Part shown: piece by piece, positions 37,101 to 45,014 of the stretch
How positions within the stretch are numbered: position 1 is the first letter of the stretch
How the letters are laid out: the number at the start of each line of letters is the position of its first letter
DNA from: an uncultured Opitutaceae bacterium
Lineage (GTDB): Bacteria; Verrucomicrobiota; Verrucomicrobiia; Opitutales; Opitutaceae
Length of the DNA: 64,000 nucleotides
Direction: 5' to 3'
NCBI GenBank assembly: GCA_937889545.1
Contig: CALAOT010000073.1
Span: 56,002-120,001, forward strand
The notes under the pieces: model-generated
The model's database searches: none
Seen by the model: the letters and a program-made list of their open reading frames with translations, nothing else
Told to the model about the DNA's origin: nothing
Position numbers and translations under genes: made by a program

Positions 37101-37876
37101 GCATGGGGGTTCTCATGTGGATGAGCCACCCGTGCTGGCCCTCGTTTGTGTGGCAGACCTACGACTACTACCTCGAGCCGACCGCCGGCTACTTCGGGGC
37201 AAAGAAGGGCAGCGAACCCCTGCACGTCCAGTGGAACCCGCTGGACGGCACGGTCGAAGTCGTGAACTACAGCGGCGGCCACCGCCCCAGCCTCGAGGTC
37301 AGTGCCGCCATCCTGAACATGGACGGCTCGGCGCAGTGGGAGCAGTCCGCGACGATCGACAGCGCCGAGGACACGGTCATGTCGCCCATCACGCTCGCCT
37401 TCCCCGGGGCCGGGCTGTCGCCCATCCACTTTGTGCGCCTGAGGCTCACCGAGGGCGGCAAGACAGTGTCGGAAAACACCTACCTGCGCAGTCTCACGAC
37501 CTACAAAGTCCCCGGATTCTCGTTCGGGCCCTTCCACATCCCCGACTTCCCGGCGTTTGATTTTCACGCGATCCGCGCGCTGCCGAAGGCGCCCGTGCGC
37601 AGCGTCACCGCGGCCGAGCGCCACGGCAGCCAATGGGTCTTGTCGACGGAGCTCGAAAACGCCTCAAAGACCCCGGCGCTGATGGTCCGCCTGAAGGCCG
37701 TGCGCGAGAAGAGCGGCGACCGCATCCTGCCGGCCCTGTACGACGACAACTACATCACGCTGATGCCCGGCGAAAGGCGCCGCCTGCGAACCGAGTTGGA
37801 GGAGGCAGACACGCGGGGCGAACGCCCTCGGATCGTGGTCGAGGGCTTCAATCTCGGCCGAGAAGGCGGGCGGTAG
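34190..37876 (+). CDS. glycoside hydrolase family 2 with N-terminal F5/8 type C (discoidin) module(s)
   Basis: 1228 aa. A signal-like segment, RAARMLLPALLCAASATAAG, follows the N-terminus. Discoidin-like segments are NLALHRPATASSNYDYSLTAQLITDG and WVQVDLGAVCTFDRVALHW...ARYVRVRMERP...ILSEMEVFG. The GH2 core is WLPATVPGSVLVSYWNAGALPDPNYGDN...GFTMIRNWVGQVGDDAFFEACDRNGVVVWQDFWLANP. The exact start is uncertain (34190, 34232 or 34307). Confidence 0.84.
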   Translation: MNPRLPIPPPVPRRMPISRVANADASDAVGFSARLRAARMLLPALLCAASATAAGDFTRGVGVYPGDPAAFQGPTMVPDAAAYRNLALHRPATASSNYDYSLTAQLITDGIIDGRMPRWLVVSSSAEGILPRHEREHLVDNYASTAVSLPAEGGWVQIEQAGRLDVPDVDRIEVVAMPRTQDAKPQRWTCVVRASDDASAWRELGRAGGEESLASKAFWIPKVVKAAFDVPANGKARFYRVQIDAPSVTGWRVASVDTFARGQRVNLGGPHDFTSAWKSAGNAAEWVQVDLGAVCTFDRVALHWIERAAAGAIEASDDGAGWRSLAPLVAAADDYRLAKPASARYVRVRMERPVAADGYILSEMEVFGRGGLVPRAQPAAAPRPGERQDLVRGSWRIQRDSLVTLGGEELSRPGADCRGWLPATVPGSVLVSYWNAGALPDPNYGDNQLQISDSFFYSDFWYRDEFAIAAPPPGRRVWLNFDGINWKADVYLNGTRVGRIDGAFTRASFDVTGLARPGAANALAVRIHKPDTPGSVREKTADETGSNGGALGADNPTFHATAGWDWIPSIRGRNIGIWSDVYVTTTGPVVLEHPFVSAKLPLPDTGSADVTVEVALRNTESKPVSGVLSGQFGDVHFEQRVDVPAAASTVVRLDPSTVAGLHLMHPRLWWPAGYGEPNLYDVRLDFDAAGVRSDSKSFRAGVRQFTYAEEGGALKLFVNGRRFIGRGGNWGFSESNLLYRDREYEAAVRYHREMGFTMIRNWVGQVGDDAFFEACDRNGVVVWQDFWLANPLDGPDPADNAMFLQNAADFIDRIRNHPSVGLYCGRNEGDPPPVLNAGLQKLVASLHPGIRYIANSAFGLVSGGGPYHLMPINYYFDQRATTKLHSELGMPNIVTLDSLRQMMPVADQWPQGAVWGLHDFTTRGAQGGGELRATIEKSYGGAADAAEWVELAQFTNYDGHRAMFEAQSKHRMGVLMWMSHPCWPSFVWQTYDYYLEPTAGYFGAKKGSEPLHVQWNPLDGTVEVVNYSGGHRPSLEVSAAILNMDGSAQWEQSATIDSAEDTVMSPITLAFPGAGLSPIHFVRLRLTEGGKTVSENTYLRSLTTYKVPGFSFGPFHIPDFPAFDFHAIRALPKAPVRSVTAAERHGSQWVLSTELENASKTPALMVRLKAVREKSGDRILPALYDDNYITLMPGERRRLRTELEEADTRGERPRIVVEGFNLGREGGR

Positions 37877-37950
37877 CGCGCCGCCCTGGGGAAGCCCTCC
37901 TCGAAGCCGTTGGAAAAGTGCATATTAGCGGCAGTCTTTGCTTGACCAGG

Positions 37951-37985
37951 GTGGGTTAAAATGGGTTGAAATGGGGTATTGTGGG
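37951..37985 (+). promoter_or_regulatory. four direct (G/A)TGGG repeats with exact 10-bp phasing; candidate MraZ operator in the dcw promoter
   Basis: gTGGGttaaa aTGGGttgaa aTGGGgtatt gTGGGacggg, with TGGG at 37952, 37962, 37972 and 37982. The last repeat ends 23 nt upstream of the mraZ ATG. A TTGACC hexamer lies at 37942-47. Confidence 0.6.
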
Positions 37986-38008
37986 ACGGGTCACCGCCCG
38001 CTCACCCC

Positions 38009-38461
38009 ATGGAGCATCCCGGCAAAGCATTTTTCACGGGCCTTTTCAGGCACACCCTCGACGACAAGGGTCGCGTCACGATCCCTTCGGCATGGCGTGC
38101 CGCGCATGAAGACGGGGACGTCTTCCTGGCGACACCGCACCCCGATGGCTACGTGGCCGTGCTGCCCCCGTCCGAGGTCGAGAAGCTCCATGCCAAGATC
38201 GCGCAGATGGCGCTCAGCGACGGGGCCGGGCAGGACTTCGCGTCGCGGTTCTTCGCGCAGACGCAGTCATTCTCGTTCGACAAGCAGGGACGCGTCGGCC
38301 TCACCGCCGATTTGCTGGAGCATGCGGGGATCGCAAAGGACGCGGTCCTCGTCGGTTCCCTGACCAAGTTCAACCTGTATTCGCCGTCCCGATGGCAAAA
38401 GGTCGAGGCGCGCACCTCGGGCGAAAACTTTGGCGACATCATGCGCCGCCTCGGAATCTGA
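38009..38461 (+). CDS. mraZ: division/cell wall cluster transcriptional regulator MraZ
   Basis: The ATG at 38009 gives MEHPGKAFFTGLFRHTLDDKGRVTIPSAWR...SFDKQGRVGLTADLLEHAGI. The two SpoVT/AbrB-like DxxGR repeats are present. The protein is 150 aa. Confidence 0.93.
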   Translation: MEHPGKAFFTGLFRHTLDDKGRVTIPSAWRAAHEDGDVFLATPHPDGYVAVLPPSEVEKLHAKIAQMALSDGAGQDFASRFFAQTQSFSFDKQGRVGLTADLLEHAGIAKDAVLVGSLTKFNLYSPSRWQKVEARTSGENFGDIMRRLGI

Positions 38462-38665
38462 ACATGCGAAACATTGCGAGAATCTCCGCGACCGGAACGC
38501 TTCTGGAAAAGGCTGCCTCAATCACGGTTTCACGCACGTTTCCCGGATGGGTCGACGCCGCCGGATACGCGGCCGCCCCCTCGGTCGTCATGCCGCGCGT
38601 TCGCGACAATCTCGTGCTTCGGCTTGTCGCAGGCAGGCGGCAGGAGCGAGCCAAGGACCCCCTCC

Positions 38666-39622
38666 ATGCGACCGGCGCTACTTGAATTCGTTGCCGCGAG
38701 CATGATCCCCGGTCACCAGCCCGTCCTCCTTCGCGAGGTGCTTGGGCTACTTGCACCCGGTGCCGGCGGAAAGTACCTGGACTGCACGTTCGGGGGAGGG
38801 GGGCATTCCCGGGCCATCCTCGAGGCCGCGCGAGACGTCCGGGTCGTGGCGCTCGACCGGGACCCCGGGGCGGCTTCGCGCGGGGAGACGTTGGCCGCCG
38901 AGTTTCCATGTCGTTTGACGCTGATTGACAGTGACTTCGGTAAACTTGGAAGCATCGCGGACTCGGATTTCGACGGCGCCCTCTTCGACTTTGGCCTTTC
39001 CTCGTTCCAGCTTGACGATCCCGACCGCGGCTTCTCATTCCGCGACGACGGCCGTGCGGACATGAGGATGGACCGCCGGGCGGGCGTGCCCGCCGCGCGC
39101 TGGCTCGAGACGGCTACGGAGGAAATGCTGGTTCGGGCCATCCGCGATTTCGGCGAGGAGACCCATTGGCGCCGTGTCGTCCGCGCCCTTGTAGCCGCTA
39201 GAGGCAGCGGCTCGCTCGAGAGGACCGCCTCGCTCGCCGGCGTCATCTGCGGGGCGATACCGGCGCGCGACCGGCGCGCCTCGCGGATCCATCCCGCCAC
39301 GCGCTCCTTCCAGGGGATACGGATCGCGGTAAACGACGAGCTTGGCGCGATCGAGCGCGCGCTGCCGGCTGCGTTCGCCAAGCTCCGGCCGAACGGCGTC
39401 CTGTGCGCGATCAGCTTTCACTCGCTCGAGGACCGCCCTGTGAAGCATTTTTTTCGCCGGATGTGCGGCCAGCCGGAAAGCTCGGACGACGCGACCCCGC
39501 AGGATCTGCGGATTCGCCTTGCCGAGCCGCTCACCCGCCGCCCCGTCACCCCGTCGGACGCCGAGACCGCGGACAATCCCCGCAGCAGGTCGGCCAAGCT
39601 GCGTGCCATAAGGAAATTGTGA
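38666..39622 (+). CDS. rsmH: 16S rRNA (cytosine1402-N4)-methyltransferase
   Basis: The track ORF starts at 38474. Homology starts at HQPVLLREVLGLLAPGAGGKYLDCTFGGGGHSRAILEA, followed by FDFGLSSFQLDDPDRGFSF and ISFHSLEDRPVK. The start is the ATG at 38666 or 38702. Confidence 0.92.
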   Translation: MRPALLEFVAASMIPGHQPVLLREVLGLLAPGAGGKYLDCTFGGGGHSRAILEAARDVRVVALDRDPGAASRGETLAAEFPCRLTLIDSDFGKLGSIADSDFDGALFDFGLSSFQLDDPDRGFSFRDDGRADMRMDRRAGVPAARWLETATEEMLVRAIRDFGEETHWRRVVRALVAARGSGSLERTASLAGVICGAIPARDRRASRIHPATRSFQGIRIAVNDELGAIERALPAAFAKLRPNGVLCAISFHSLEDRPVKHFFRRMCGQPESSDDATPQDLRIRLAEPLTRRPVTPSDAETADNPRSRSAKLRAIRKL

Positions 39623-40020
39623 TGCGCACGGGAAAAAAGGCGGGCGCCGATGCATTTGTGAGCCAGTTCCTGGTTTATGCGCTGGTTGCGATCTGCTGCA
39701 GCGCATCCATCGGCCTGGGCACGGTCTGGATGCGCCACCAGATCTCGGTCGCAGCCAACGCAAACAAGGTCCTCGAGGCCAAGATCGCCGGCCTCGAGCG
39801 TCGCATTGAGGAAACGGACGCCGCCATCTCGGCGGAGCAGGATCCCGCGGTGCTTAACCGGCGCAATTCCGAATGGCGGCTGGGGCTGGTGCAGCCTGGG
39901 GAAACGCAGGTGCGCCGCGTCTCCGAGGACCCGGTCACGCGCCTCGCGGCGCTGCACAACCGCACGCTCTTTGGGGAGCGACCGGCGACCGTGAGCCTGC
40001 GCGTCGCCCTCGTGCGCTGA
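39622..40020 (+). CDS. ftsL: FtsL-like cell division protein (positional call)
   Basis: 132 aa. The ATG overlaps the rsmH stop by 1 nt (TGATG). It has a single N-terminal TM helix (FLVYALVAICCSASIGLGTVW) followed by a coiled-coil-like KVLEAKIAGLERRIEETDAAI. It sits between rsmH and ftsI, as ftsL does in canonical dcw clusters. Confidence 0.6.
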   Translation: MRTGKKAGADAFVSQFLVYALVAICCSASIGLGTVWMRHQISVAANANKVLEAKIAGLERRIEETDAAISAEQDPAVLNRRNSEWRLGLVQPGETQVRRVSEDPVTRLAALHNRTLFGERPATVSLRVALVR

Positions 40021-40036
40021 CGCAAGCTGGAACCCC

Positions 40037-42016
40037 ATGTCGAAGGGCTTCACCAGCAACCACCGGATCGCCCTTCTAGCGGGCCTCGTCCTGGCGATGT
40101 TCGCAGGGCTCGAAGCGCGGCTGGTGTGGCTTCACATTGTCGACAGGGAGGATCTTCTGCGGTCGGTCGGCGAGGCCCGCCGGCAGCTGATCGTGGATTA
40201 CTCGCGGCGCGGCGACATTCTCGATGCCAACGGGGCGCTCCTCGCCACGAGCCATTCCGTCGTCGTATTGGGGGTCGATCCCCAGTCCGTGCGGTCCGAG
40301 GACTTGGCCAAGCTGCCTCGGTTGGCCGCGTTGCTTGGGATGCCGCTTGCGGACCTGGAAAGGGTCTGCACGACGAAGGAGCGTCCGGCCGCGGCCGGCA
40401 CCGGCCCGCAGGCGCCGGCACCCTCCGCCGGGATGGTGATCAATTTCGGCCGCGCGGCTGCGGCCGAGGCGGCCCACGACGCCGAGGCCGCCAGAAGGGA
40501 CGACACGGAGCTCGACGAGCCGGACAGGGAGGGCAACCGGCCCATCCGCTGGGCCAAGCTGAGCGACCAGGTGCCGGAGTCCGTCTACGACCAGGTTTCG
40601 AAGCTCGGCGTCCGGGGTGTGTACGGTAGCCGGGTCTACCGGCGCGACTACCCGCACAACGACATGGCCGCCCACATCATCGGATACGTGGACCGCGAGG
40701 AGCGGCCGGTCGCGGGGATTGAGCACTTCGCCGATTTCTACCTCCGGGGCGAAAACGGGTGGCTCGAGTCGGAACGGGACGGGAGGAGCCGGGAACTCGC
40801 CCAGTTCCGCACGCGGGAGGTGCCCGCGAGCGACGGTTTCAGCGTGTCCCTGACGATTGACGCCACCATCCAGCGCATGGCCGAGGACGAGCTGGCGACG
40901 GTCGCCGCCCAGTACGAGCCGGGAAAGGCGACCATCATCGTTAGCGATCCGCAGACGGGCTTCATCCTCGCCCTCGCCAACTACCCGTCCTTCGACCTGA
41001 ACCGCTACAACGAGCTGCCCCGCGCGGATCAGGGAAGGATGCGCAACATCGCCGTGGCCGACGAGTACGAGCCGGGCTCGGTGTTCAAGATCGTCGCGGT
41101 CTCCGGCGCTCTCAACGACGGCCTGGTAACGACGCGCTCCGAGTTCGACTGCACTCTTGAGAAGATCGACTACAACGGCATCACGCGAAGCCTCCCCCGG
41201 GAGGACGGGTCGGATCAGTTCAACCGCCCGCTCACCGTCGCCGAGATCATAGAGAAGTCCTCCAACAAGGGGGCTGCGCAGCTTGCGATGGCGCTTGGCG
41301 ACCGCAGGTTCTACGACTACGCGCGCGCGTTCGGGTTCGGGCAGAGGACGGGCTTCCCCGTCGGCGGCGAGGTCGCCGGGAAGCTGAAGCCCCCGGAGAA
41401 ATGGGACAGCCTCACCATCACCCGGATGCCCATGGGACAGTCGGTCACCGCGACGGCGCTGCAGATGCAGCAGGCGATGGGGGTCATTGCGAACGGCGGG
41501 ATGCTGCTCAAGCCCCAGATCATCCACAAGGTTCGCGACGCCCAGGGCGAGCCCGTCTACACCTTTCTCCCCGTTGAGGTGCGCAGGGTGATCTCGGAGC
41601 AGACGGCCCTGACGATGGCCCGCCTCCTGACGGCCGTCGTGTCGTCGGAAGGCACCGCCCCCGAGGCCGCCATCCCGGGATTCGACGTCGCGGGGAAGAC
41701 GGGTACGGCCAACAAGCTTGTGCCCGTCGAGATCGCGCCCGGGGTGACGGTGCCGCGCTACTCCGACCGGCACCACGTTGCGTCGTTCATCGGGTTCTTC
41801 CCCGCAGTCATTCGCCATCCGGGCGACAGGCAGGTGGCGATCGCGGTGATCGTCGACGACGCGGACGCCCGCTGTCCCGGCGGGGTAGCTTATGGGCACA
41901 TGGTCGCGGCACCCGTCTTCAAGCGCCTGGGGGAGCGGCTGATACCGTATCGCAACATCCGCCCCCAGATCGACAACGAGGCCCCGCGCGCCCTCGCAAT
42001 GGGAGGTGCCCGGTGA
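40037..42016 (+). CDS. ftsI: peptidoglycan D,D-transpeptidase FtsI (class B PBP)
   Basis: 659 aa. It has an N-terminal TM anchor and the motifs SxxK (GSVFKIV), SxN (KSSNKG) and KTG (GKTGTA). Confidence 0.92.
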   Translation: MSKGFTSNHRIALLAGLVLAMFAGLEARLVWLHIVDREDLLRSVGEARRQLIVDYSRRGDILDANGALLATSHSVVVLGVDPQSVRSEDLAKLPRLAALLGMPLADLERVCTTKERPAAAGTGPQAPAPSAGMVINFGRAAAAEAAHDAEAARRDDTELDEPDREGNRPIRWAKLSDQVPESVYDQVSKLGVRGVYGSRVYRRDYPHNDMAAHIIGYVDREERPVAGIEHFADFYLRGENGWLESERDGRSRELAQFRTREVPASDGFSVSLTIDATIQRMAEDELATVAAQYEPGKATIIVSDPQTGFILALANYPSFDLNRYNELPRADQGRMRNIAVADEYEPGSVFKIVAVSGALNDGLVTTRSEFDCTLEKIDYNGITRSLPREDGSDQFNRPLTVAEIIEKSSNKGAAQLAMALGDRRFYDYARAFGFGQRTGFPVGGEVAGKLKPPEKWDSLTITRMPMGQSVTATALQMQQAMGVIANGGMLLKPQIIHKVRDAQGEPVYTFLPVEVRRVISEQTALTMARLLTAVVSSEGTAPEAAIPGFDVAGKTGTANKLVPVEIAPGVTVPRYSDRHHVASFIGFFPAVIRHPGDRQVAIAVIVDDADARCPGGVAYGHMVAAPVFKRLGERLIPYRNIRPQIDNEAPRALAMGGAR

Positions 42017-42117
42017 TCGGATATCTCGTTCAAGACCATGCGCTGGTGCGCGCATTCCGCAACCGGCCCTTGCACCGGCGCACCGGCGAATACCTTGAGT
42101 TCAACCGCGCTTTCAAA

Positions 42118-43608
42118 ATGGCACCCATACTCTCCGACTACATCAGCGAAGACGAAATCCTCGCCGCAAAGGGAAGGCTGGATTGTCCGATCTCGGGGCT
42201 CGTGATGGACAGCCGGAGGGTCGTCCCCGGAAACCTCTTCTTCGCGCTGCCCGGACGCCGCGCGGACGGGGTCTCGTTCATCGACGAGGCCGTCAGCAGG
42301 GGCGCCTCGGCCGTGGTCGCCCAGAGGATGCCCTCTCATCCGCCGGTCAGGGTAACGTTTGTCCAGGTGGCCGACGCCCGCGCCGTGCTCGCACGCGTCG
42401 CGCAGCGGTACTACAAGTTTCCCGACCGGGACCTTTCGGTGGTCGGCGTCACCGGCACGAACGGGAAGACGACCGTCAGCTACCTCATCCGGCATCTCCT
42501 GAACGGGAGCGAGCGGGTCGGGCTCCTGGGGACGATCAGCTACGATCTCGGGGTGCGGACCGTTCCATCCTTCCGGACGACGCCCGAGTCGATCGACATT
42601 TTCGGGATGCTCGCCCAGATGCGCGACGCCGGATGCCGGCACGCGGTCATGGAGGTGAGCTCCCACGGGATCGCGCAGCAGCGCGTGCTCGGGCTCCGCT
42701 TCGGGGTCGCTGTATTCACAAATCTGACACAGGACCACCTTGATTTTCACGGGACGCTCGAGTCCTATTTCGACGTGAAAACCCGGCTCTTCACGGGAAG
42801 CCTGGGACCCGTGCCGGGCGTGGCCGTCGTCAACCTAGACGACGCCCATGGCGAAAGGCTCGCGGCGAAGATCGCCGCCGAGGTGCCGTCGGCGCGGCTT
42901 GTCACCTTCGGGGAGAATCCGATCGCGGACGTCCGGGCTCAGGACGTCGTCCTGAACTTCAGGGACACGGCGTTCAGGCTGGCGTGGCCGGGGGGGGCGG
43001 CCTCCGTCGCGTCCCCGCTGATCGGGCGCTACAATGTGTCCAACGTGCTCGCGGCGGTCGCGGCGGCGTGGGCCCTCGGGCGCGACCCGGCGGTCTTCAG
43101 CGAGAGGATCCGGATCTTCAAGGGCGTTCCGGGGCGCATGGAGAGGATCGAGGAGGGGCAGGCGTTCAATGTGCTGGTCGACTATGCGCACACCGACGAC
43201 GCGCTGCGAAACGCGCTCGGGATGCTCAGGGCGATCACGCCGGGCCGCCTGCTTGTCGTCTTCGGCTGCGGCGGGAACCGGGACCGGACAAAGCGGCCCC
43301 GGATGGTAAGGGCCGTCCAGGAGGTCGCCGACCACGCGTTCGCCACCGCCGACAATCCTCGCGGGGAGCAGTTGGAGAAGATCTTTGCCGACATGAGGGA
43401 GGGCGTGGTCGACCCGTCGAAGGTCACCTGGGTAGACGACCGCCGGCGCGCCATAAGCCTCGCCCTCGACAGCGCCAGGGCGGGCGACAGCCTGCTGATT
43501 GCGGGCAAGGGCCACGAGGGCTACCAGGAATTTGCCGACACCGTAATCCCGTTCGACGACCGGCAGGTCGTGCGCGAACTGATCGCCGTCAAGACGCTGC
43601 GAAGCTGA
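42118..43608 (+). CDS. murE: UDP-N-acetylmuramoyl-L-alanyl-D-glutamate--2,6-diaminopimelate ligase
   Basis: The track ORF starts at a GTG at 42013 (GTGA overlap with ftsI). The usual MurE N-terminus fits the ATG at 42118 (MAPILSDY...ISGLVMDSRRVVPGNLFFALPG). Also present are the P-loop VVGVTGTNGKTT, and DNPR. Confidence 0.92.
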   Translation: MAPILSDYISEDEILAAKGRLDCPISGLVMDSRRVVPGNLFFALPGRRADGVSFIDEAVSRGASAVVAQRMPSHPPVRVTFVQVADARAVLARVAQRYYKFPDRDLSVVGVTGTNGKTTVSYLIRHLLNGSERVGLLGTISYDLGVRTVPSFRTTPESIDIFGMLAQMRDAGCRHAVMEVSSHGIAQQRVLGLRFGVAVFTNLTQDHLDFHGTLESYFDVKTRLFTGSLGPVPGVAVVNLDDAHGERLAAKIAAEVPSARLVTFGENPIADVRAQDVVLNFRDTAFRLAWPGGAASVASPLIGRYNVSNVLAAVAAAWALGRDPAVFSERIRIFKGVPGRMERIEEGQAFNVLVDYAHTDDALRNALGMLRAITPGRLLVVFGCGGNRDRTKRPRMVRAVQEVADHAFATADNPRGEQLEKIFADMREGVVDPSKVTWVDDRRRAISLALDSARAGDSLLIAGKGHEGYQEFADTVIPFDDRQVVRELIAVKTLRS

Positions 43609-45014
43609 TGCCTGCCTTCGACGCAGATTCCCTTGCAGCCTGGACCGGAGGCCGGTGGTCGGGGCGACCCGCGTCCGAGCCCACTGGGTTCTCGGTCGAC
43701 TCGCGCCGGCTGTCGCCCGGCCAAGCGTTTGTAGCCCTCAGGACGGGGCGGCGCGACGGGCACGATTTTCTGGGCGCGGCCCTTGAGGCGGGGGCGGCCG
43801 CAGCGATCGTCGCCCGTGCCTGTCCGAAGGTGGCGCTTGCCCAACTCGTGGTCGACGATCCCCTTGGGGCTCTGCAGGCCGTGGCCCGCGAGCACCGAAG
43901 GAGATTTCAGGGAACCGTGGCCGGCATTACGGGCAGCGCTGGAAAGACCTCCACAAAGGAGCTCCTGGCGCTCCTTCTCGGAGGGGAGGACGCTGGGGTG
44001 CTCGCGACCGAGAGCAACCTCAACAACCAGATAGGCGTCGCGCTCACGCTGACGCGGCTTGATCCGGCGCGGCATCGGTGCGCGGTGGTCGAGGCGGGGA
44101 TCAGCGCCCCGGGCGAAATGCGCGCGCTCGCAGCGATGATCGATCCCGACGTGGCCCTGGTGACGCTCGTCGGCCCCGCCCATCTGGCCGGTCTTGGGGG
44201 ACTCGACTCGGTGGCGCGCGAGAAGGCGGTGCTCGCGGGATCCATCCGCAAGGGGGGCTTCTGCGTGTTTCCGAGCTCGTGCGAGGCTTATCCCGAGTTC
44301 CGTTCGCTTCCGGCATCAAGCTGCCTGGTGATCGAGACGGCCGAGGAGATGGAAGACCGCGAGCCGGCGAGGGGGCGGGTGCGCTTTGCGGCGCTCCACT
44401 CCGGTGACTTTACGACCGTCGCGGTGGCTTACGGCGCCCCGCCGCCGGTGACGGCCAGGCTCTCCCGCGTGACCGACGGCATGGCTCAGAACGCCGCGAT
44501 GGCGGTCTGTGCCGCCTTGAGGATCGGGGTGCACAGGGATGATATTCAGGGAAGGCTCCTCTCGTGGCGTCCGTCGCCGCTCAGGGGAGAATGGAAAGCC
44601 CTGGAGGGCCGGAGGCTCTACCTCGACTGCTACAACGCGAACCCGGCCTCGATGGCGGATGCATTGGCGGCATTCGACGCCGTCGCGCCCCGGGACGAGC
44701 CGCGGCTCTTTGTGATCGGCTGCATGGAGGAACTGGGGGTTGACTCGCAGCGCTACCACGTCGATCTCGGTAGGTCCCTCGCGCTGCGCAAGGGCGACCA
44801 CCTGGTCGCCGTCGGCGGCCAGGCAGATTCGATCCGGCTTGGCGCGCTCGAAGCCGGGTGCGACCCGGACCAGAGCGAGGTCGCCGATTCGATTGAGCCA
44901 CTGGCTGCACGGCTGGCGGCCTTCCGGGGATCGGTCTTCGTCAAGGGCAGCCGGCGCCACGAGCTGGAAAAGGCCTTTGCCGGAAACGAATTTGCGGAGG
45001 CCTCCCATGCTTAG
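43608..45014 (+). CDS. murF: UDP-N-acetylmuramoyl-tripeptide--D-alanyl-D-alanine ligase
   Basis: The ATG at 43608 overlaps the murE stop (TGATG). Contains MPAFDADSLAAWTGGRW...FSVDSRRLSPGQAFVAL and AGITGSAGKTSTKE. Confidence 0.9.
   Translation: MPAFDADSLAAWTGGRWSGRPASEPTGFSVDSRRLSPGQAFVALRTGRRDGHDFLGAALEAGAAAAIVARACPKVALAQLVVDDPLGALQAVAREHRRRFQGTVAGITGSAGKTSTKELLALLLGGEDAGVLATESNLNNQIGVALTLTRLDPARHRCAVVEAGISAPGEMRALAAMIDPDVALVTLVGPAHLAGLGGLDSVAREKAVLAGSIRKGGFCVFPSSCEAYPEFRSLPASSCLVIETAEEMEDREPARGRVRFAALHSGDFTTVAVAYGAPPPVTARLSRVTDGMAQNAAMAVCAALRIGVHRDDIQGRLLSWRPSPLRGEWKALEGRRLYLDCYNANPASMADALAAFDAVAPRDEPRLFVIGCMEELGVDSQRYHVDLGRSLALRKGDHLVAVGGQADSIRLGALEAGCDPDQSEVADSIEPLAARLAAFRGSVFVKGSRRHELEKAFAGNEFAEASHA

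Noticed and set aside
37942-37962. Explicit sigma70 promoter call (TTGACC at 37942 with TAAAAT at 37957)
   Set aside because: The spacing between the hexamers is only 9 nt. Without transcription start data I cannot support a -35/-10 assignment, so only the repeat array is reported.
38465-38685. 73-aa ORF (MRNIARISATGTLLEK...) in the mraZ-rsmH spacer
   Set aside because: It has no recognisable motif, no SD sequence and weak codon bias. I kept it only as part of the spacer observation, not as a gene call.
40076-42055. 659-aa ORF on the minus strand exactly mirroring ftsI
   Set aside because: It is an Arg/Gly/Pro/Asp-rich, low-complexity translation typical of antisense shadow ORFs in GC-rich DNA. 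The plus-strand frame carries the SxxK, SxN and KTG PBP motifs and fits the dcw order.
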